A stretch of 54,925 nt of DNA, filler included, from Sphacelaria rigidula (lineage: Eukaryota): the NCBI GenBank assembly GCA_964200075.2. It is 5 parts of 5 records of this genome, joined end to end, with 100 filler letters (N's around TTAATTAATTAA, not from the genome) between each part and the next. Parts side by side here need not be neighbours in the genome. Positions count along the whole stretch, not along the records: positions 44,022 to 54,925 come from CAXNAA020005709.1; 4 more parts are not named here. One strand, given 5' to 3'. Below the pieces are notes generated by a model. That model did no database searches. It worked only from the letters and a program-made list of their open reading frames with translations, and had not been told where the DNA came from. This document shows positions 48,784 to 54,925 of this stretch, in pieces; positions within the stretch are counted from its first letter, which is position 1; each line of letters opens with the position of its first letter. Position numbers and translations under genes: made by a program.

Positions 48784-50089
48784 CAGGCTGGTTCAGGATG
48801 GACGCCCAAAAATTATTCCCCACTAGATACAGAACGCAAGATGCACCCGATTTGAACATATTTGGTATCATTTTGACTGACCCCCACAAGCAAACAAACG
48901 GTATGACATCAACAGATTTTATCCTGCGTCCCCTACCATGGTTCTATTAGTGACAGTGTTTCTCGGCCAATGAGCGTCCTTTGAAACGGTCTTGAATTAG
49001 AAATGTAAACTTCCGACTCAATTTGTACCCAAATTGATCACGAGTCAAAGCTTGGTAACCACCATCAGCTAGGGAATCTTACGCAAAAAACAAATTAAAA
49101 AACGATGTGTATGGGATCGAGTTACACCCCTTTGATTTGATTGATTGTCGCACTTTAAGTGACCCCCCCGGGGTCCAGCCATGGTCTCATGATGATAGAC
49201 GTGCCCAAGAAAAACGAAACTCAAACCCGCTCTAAGAAAAAAAGGAACAGAAGAGAAAAAAAGAGCGTGGTCGAACAGAGCGACATATCAGACTAAGTCG
49301 TGGCAAGAAAAATGATTAAAAGTCAATACAAGCAAAGCACACAAAGAAATACTCGAAACGTGGTGTTTCGATGATGTATGTGGGGTTTTTGGCGTCGTCG
49401 GATTTCCACTCACGGAATGCATCGATGACCCAAAAGGCCTTTTGACGTTTTCCCTTGTAACTTTCGTAGAAAAGCTTCAATCATCCTCAAACTTGGCAGT
49501 TTGTAGATATCGTACAACGAACGACGGAAAAGAGAACTCGAAGAACATTTCAAAGTTCGTCTGTCCCTCCTCTACCAGGTTCCACGGGTGCCAGCGTGAA
49601 GATCGCTAGGAATCCGCACGGACTCCTTCAAAAAATGAATTTGAATTTAATTCGTCCCGAGGTGGGCCGAGGAACGTTTTTACAAAGTTCCGTTGCGTCG
49701 CTCGAAAAGCTGATCCAAAGAGTTCGATTTCAGCTCAAGCGCACAAGGAAAATGTGGTATTCTAAAACCAAGTAATTGAGGGGGTGCCGCATACATAATA
49801 TACTTCGGAGCACAAACGGACAATCGCTCACGCGGCGGATTTTCGGGGTTGGACCCTGGAATTTTGCTCACAGGTGCTCCGAGATATTCAAAGGAGCTGC
49901 ACGCTGACCGAACCTCTTGAGTCCCCGGATATCTGGCGGTAAAAAGAAGTAGGAAGACCTCATTCACATGCAGTCCTCTTGAATATCTCGGAGCACCCCG
50001 TATGCAAACTTCAGGGTATGATAGTTCCAAGAAACCGCGTGAACAAATGCTGGGGAGTAAATTCCGATCATTCACCCTGAACCAGCCTG
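48784..50089. mobile_element. Non-autonomous Tc1/mariner-type element
   Basis: TA|CAGGCTGGTTCAGG ... CCTGAACCAGCCTG|TA; contains an (ATCA)-LINE 3' fragment at ~49132-49350. Confidence 0.85.
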
Positions 50090-51550
50090 TAGCTGAGTCA
50101 TTAATTGCACTTGTCCTTCCAACCAAACGCGAGCAGGACCGCGTGCATTCTCAGCTCACCAATGTGGCGGTTTTGCCAGCTATAATGCCTACATTACCCC
50201 GTTGACGCAAGACTTGCCAACGACCAATGCTACAGTGGTAGGGGTGCACCTTTTGCGCCAAATCTTGTCTGGTTGAAGGGCTTCTAACGATTCTAGATGC
50301 CGAAGAATATGGGTTGTAGGGCATATCCCCGCTTGAAAATTTATTCAATTTCATTCGTGATGTCCCTAGCACGTTGGAATAGTAATCCTGGCGTACTCTC
50401 ACATATTTCAGCAGTCGTGTTTAGCATAAGATGGGCTCCCAAAGATTCTATTGTTGGACTAATAAAATTGTGCACTCCCCACCATAGCATCACACCAACT
50501 CACACCCACTTTGCCGTCTTGATGCGCCGGCGTGTTGAAGCTGTGCGTGTGCTTGCGCACTGGAAGCCCTTTACACGTATAATCGTATACAGTATTATAA
50601 TACCTCAAACGTCCTCAACACGAGGCTACGACACTACACAACGAGCGCTTCAACCCTTCTTCTCCCTCATCTCCTATCACAACTTCAAAACCCGGAACGT
50701 AATAACCAATAACCTATACTCACAGGAGAGAAACCCACTGGTGGCAGAGCGTACGGTCTAAATCGCATTTTCGAGGTTGAGGTGGTACTAAACATCAAAC
50801 ATCAAGAGGTCAGATACGACAGCTAACTTTGCACTTACTGCAGTTAGCACCTCGCTCGCGTACCAGTAATCGCTCATTATTTTCACACACAACCAACGCC
50901 GACGTTTCTAGATGGAGCGCGCTGTCGTGCACATGTACACCCATGCTCAACACACCCTGCCAACGACATCTCAAGGCAACATAGAGTGAAGTAGCACTCG
51001 GTACTTCCATGAGTTCGTTGGTCGAGCATTTCCCCCATAGTGCACTATAGTGCACGTGCCATAACGTCCAGCTTCAACCAAGCGCAATTCCTTTGCTCTC
51101 TCCACAATGGCACGTACCCGAAGTGGCGATGTCCAGGGGTGGCTCAGACTCGGGCTGTGGATTACCTCCTGCGGTCGACGTGAAAACGAAGTAATGGAAG
51201 ATTAACGGTACGAACATGTCGAAGCGCTCAGACCAACAGGAACGACCAGAGACAAAACAATTCTGCTGGAAATTTCGTAATATTGAGAAGGAAATAACGA
51301 TCAAAGTCGAATAAAAAACGCCGAACTGCACTGAAGGCAAGGTCCATACAAAGTTTGGAGAGACCCGTCACTTTTTTCGTCGCCCACCCAAGCAGCCGAA
51401 GGTGGAGAACGATTGGCTGGAAAAACGAGCGTTTTCCGATCGTTGTTTTTTGCCATGGGGTGGTTTGAAGTATTTGTTCGTTAATAGAAGTGGGTCTCAA
51501 AAACATTCGATCATTGAGCATGAACTGAAAACGGAACAGCAAGCGAAAAC

Positions 51551-51703
51551 CTACCCCATTCCTCCTGAAGGCAGGTGCTTGATATCAGAGGCTTTGGATT
51601 TGTCGACAAAAGTTCCTCCCCCGGACTTGTCCACGCTGCGGAAGAACGGTCCGTCCGGGAGGGGGTCGAGAGCCGCTCCCACGGCCTCCCCAGAGTGCTT
51701 CGC
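51551..51703 (-). CDS. HHL1-like protein, probable last exon
   Basis: ACAG acceptor, phase 0; AKHSGEAVGAALDPLPDGPFFRSVDK...GGMG*. Confidence 0.65.
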   Translation of the reverse strand, partial: AKHSGEAVGAALDPLPDGPFFRSVDKSGGGTFVDKSKASDIKHLPSGGMG

Positions 51704-53409
51704 CTGTCGTGTTCGGTGATGGAAACAAGACCAGACACGGTACGATTCACATTTCTTCGAGGACAAGGGTGCTTGATGTCATGAGAAACGGAGCACGCAT
51801 TTTCCAAGAGTACAGGATGTATGTTGACTGTTGACTCATCATCTGTAAGAGATGGGCAACTGATTTCGGTCGATATGAAACCAATAAAAAGAATACGGTT
51901 GGTGCAAGTTACGGCGAACTCATTCTAGCTCCGACGAAAGTGGAGGGTTGGGTGTTGCGGGAAGCATGTGATGCTCAGCTTTGCTAGGACAGCGGGACCT
52001 GATATCGACTACTGTAGGTGTGAATCGCAGTTGTGTTTTCCTTCAACAGCAATAACATGAAAAAATTTCAAGCATCCTACAAGTAGCCATGGCGTCGCGT
52101 CGCCAACGCACCACGAGTCCACCGCGCCGTCCCCCCTCGTACCTATGCAAATGCCTCGTACAAAGCAAGTTTATTTTCCGGCATTCGCAGATATCGGGAC
52201 AGTACAGTTACGACTTTTCAAGGCGTACTATCCCTTGTGGGAGATGTTGGCGCGCGTATGCTGGGGTCTGCGGCAGCGAGCTCCTTGTTGGCCGAACATG
52301 AACTGTTGAATTTCGATGATTTCATGCAAAACATTCTGACGTAGTCACTTCTTTCATTCTCATCTCCCAAAACACTAATACAAGAACATGAAGCAGCCAA
52401 CTTGGACGCATGTCGCTAAGCAACGGCGGTGTTCCTTTGTGCTTCGGAACCGGTGGGTGGGCGCTGGCGCCATTATTCATACCTTCATCTCATACTTCAT
52501 TCCTGTACCTACGGTAACCATAAGCGTTGCAACGGATTCATTGACTTACGATGAGTACACACAGCATGCCGAGAACCGCGATTGCCGCGGTAACACAGGG
52601 TTCTGTCGTAGACACTGTCGTCGTCCGGCACCATGCCGTACCATACCGCAGTCTCAGAAAACCACATGCCATGCGCCGAGCCATATCAAGACTCCCAGGC
52701 GAGAACAGATATGCGAACAGATGCGAGACGATCGAATCTCCGGGGAGAAATACACAAGCAACATACGTGTCGTGGGTTTCACCACGTCGTATAACGGGGG
52801 GCTCTATATCACGATAGCTTCACACACACCAAAATCACTGTTTTCCTCTGTTTCCTTGCCCATGTTTTCTTTTTCTTGAGTTCTATTTACCGAGTGTTCC
52901 CGCTCTAATTATCTCGGGAAAATCTATTTTTCACCACAGCTAGACTTGCACCGTACTAGATCAATGGGTATGCGACAATCAATCAATTAGTTTGGAAACG
53001 AGTGGACACCGGAGTCTTCACAACAGGCCATGGGCATGGCTATACAAGTTATCACCAAACTTTCAGGACGTGAATGGTCGCCCGATGAAATGGTACTGGA
53101 CCTAGGAGATACCCTGCGATACCGCACGGGTCAGGCGTCACGTTTCCGTGATTGCTTTCCATCATATTAAGAATAATATGTGTACTCAATCAACCTTATA
53201 CAAGGCTACCCACGATCGCTAGGGCAACACGTGTCTCCGTGAAGAGTGTGTATTGCAAGACAGTCGTACAGATGGAATTATGAGCTCACGTCCCATTTGA
53301 TCTGACCGTACGAATAATAAAATAATGTCGTGATACCTTATGCATCCAAAATCCAAGTGGTTGGACTCGCGCTTTTGATTCCGGTCATACAAACGGGGTT
53401 GACTCTCAC

Positions 53410-53577
53410 CTTACAGACGATGACTTCATCCCCCTCCTCCTTCGAGTATCCTATCTCCAACTGTACCCTGTTACCAGATCCTGACTTCAGTTCCATGTAC
53501 AGAGTGTCTGCGTGATCCAGCATTAGGCGTTTTACCGCTTGAACGCCCTCTGCGGTCTTACCCGGTTCCGTGCACAC
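53410..53577 (-). CDS. HHL1-like protein, internal exon
   Basis: CAG acceptor, GTGAGA donor, 56 codons; VQAVKRLMLDHADTLYMELK...LEIGY. Confidence 0.8.
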
Positions 53578-54546
53578 CTGAGGTATCGATACACGTTTTC
53601 GAAAAAACGAAAATCAGCCTGTAGAAGGCCATGTTACACACTACCTCGGCGACACTACAGCCTTCTAACGCGCGACTGAGTACCGGTGTTGCCCGTAAAT
53701 ATATTTTTCCTGATCGTGTCGTATGGGGCTCCAACCGCATCAGCTTTTGTTGTACCCACCCAGGTCGCTGCTGGGACGGCCATCGGACGGGAGGATTTCG
53801 TGGGTATGGGAAGATGGTATTTTTCAAGAGACAGCGCAGGCAGAGAAAAGGATGACGCCATGGTTATGCCGCGTGTCATCATTTTCTTGAGTTGGAGCCA
53901 CAGCTAGCAGCCCATCGGTCGTCACATATAGCCACGCATGCACGGAAACTGTCAGCACACTCACAGCAGGATAATGCAATGGGTACTAAAGCCGTGCACC
54001 CGCCCCGTCAGCCATGAAGGAAGAAGGCTACTGCACGCTCATTGGTTGAAGCCTCTTCAATTAGAGAAAATGTTCATGAATAAGCCCGTGTCGTATTGAG
54101 ACAAAAAAAAAGCGTGAGGGGGAACACGCATTCAGAAACACCATGTTGATTAGTCACCGCAACCATAGACCTGCCCGGATGTCAATAAGCATGCTGCTGT
54201 TGACGCTTGTTCCTCTTCATGCTTGTTTCATTTATCTTGATAAGACACGGCCTAAGGTCGTACGTTCGACTGGCGTTCATCGACGCCTGAAACTGCCGGC
54301 GGGAAAAAGACGAGAACTCGTGGCATGAGCGGCCAAAAATAAACAAGACGAATAGCGGGCAATAATTACGCTCCTTTATCCGACTCAACAATGCGCTACA
54401 AATAATCAGCACAAGATTCGTTTCCGACGAGGAAGCTTCTCGTTCAATAACGTCCCTCTGTAAAACAAAGAACAAAGCTCTGCTCGCCAACACGGCATCA
54501 GTACTGTAGCCCATATCGCAAACTGCAACAGTCGAAAGAATCTCAC

Positions 54547-54771
54547 ATTTCCGACGGGGTACCAACGTTCGGTGCTCTTCACTCTGGCGTACACCCGCGC
54601 CATTTCGCCCCCTTGCCTCCTAAGCTCGTTGTACTTATTCAACATGGCTCTCGCGAAGCTTTCCCCAGAGGTCAAAGTAGGAGGAGTTTCTTTGAGTTTT
54701 GGCGCTTTCTTCGAGCCACCCATTCCCCGGCCCATCATCACCGCTTGGTGTGCTGCCGATTGTTGGCGCGG
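54547..54771 (-). CDS. HHL1-like (probably plastid) protein, exon
   Basis: TAG acceptor, GTGAGA donor, 75 codons. Transit-peptide-like end, then GRGMGGSKK...VYARVKSTERWYPVGN (family-like V..R....W.PVG). Confidence 0.78.
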
Positions 54772-54925
54772 CTATTTTTTCCGATGTTCGAAAGACACAG
54801 CAGGAGAAATACACGAGATGGGGGAGGTCAAGTATTATAAATACTGCACAGGCACCGTAGGTAAGGTACCGTACCGAGCGTACCGCCGGTATTTACCGGG
54901 GTATCCCATACCTGGTAAGCGGAAG

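Overview
Eukaryotic, repeat-rich DNA (~50% GC). Short GT-AG exons in long TE-filled introns, a plastid-type HHL1-like gene and the repeat families suggest a brown alga (Phaeophyceae); this is inferred, not proven. The window is not contiguous. It is five pieces of ~10.9 kb (1-10906, 11007-21912, 22013-32917, 33018-43921, 44022-54925) joined by 100-bp N-TTAATTAATTAA-N linkers, so nothing should be linked across the gaps. Host genes are all partial: three exons of a coiled-coil protein (+), two DUF4336 exons (-), a signal-peptide exon (-), the C-terminal region of a plant ASCH-family-like protein (+, possibly disrupted), two SmE exons (+) and three HHL1-like exons (-). Most of the rest is nested, decayed TEs: Ty3/Gypsy elements, a full-length RTE-type LINE with TSD, a tRNA-derived SINE and several MITEs with resolvable TIR/TSD. 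The most unusual signal is a LINE family seen six times whose ORF stops 5 nt before an oligo(C) terminus and which inserts into C-runs. There are also two long stem-loops that are candidate small-RNA precursors. No CRISPR array or prokaryotic system is present.
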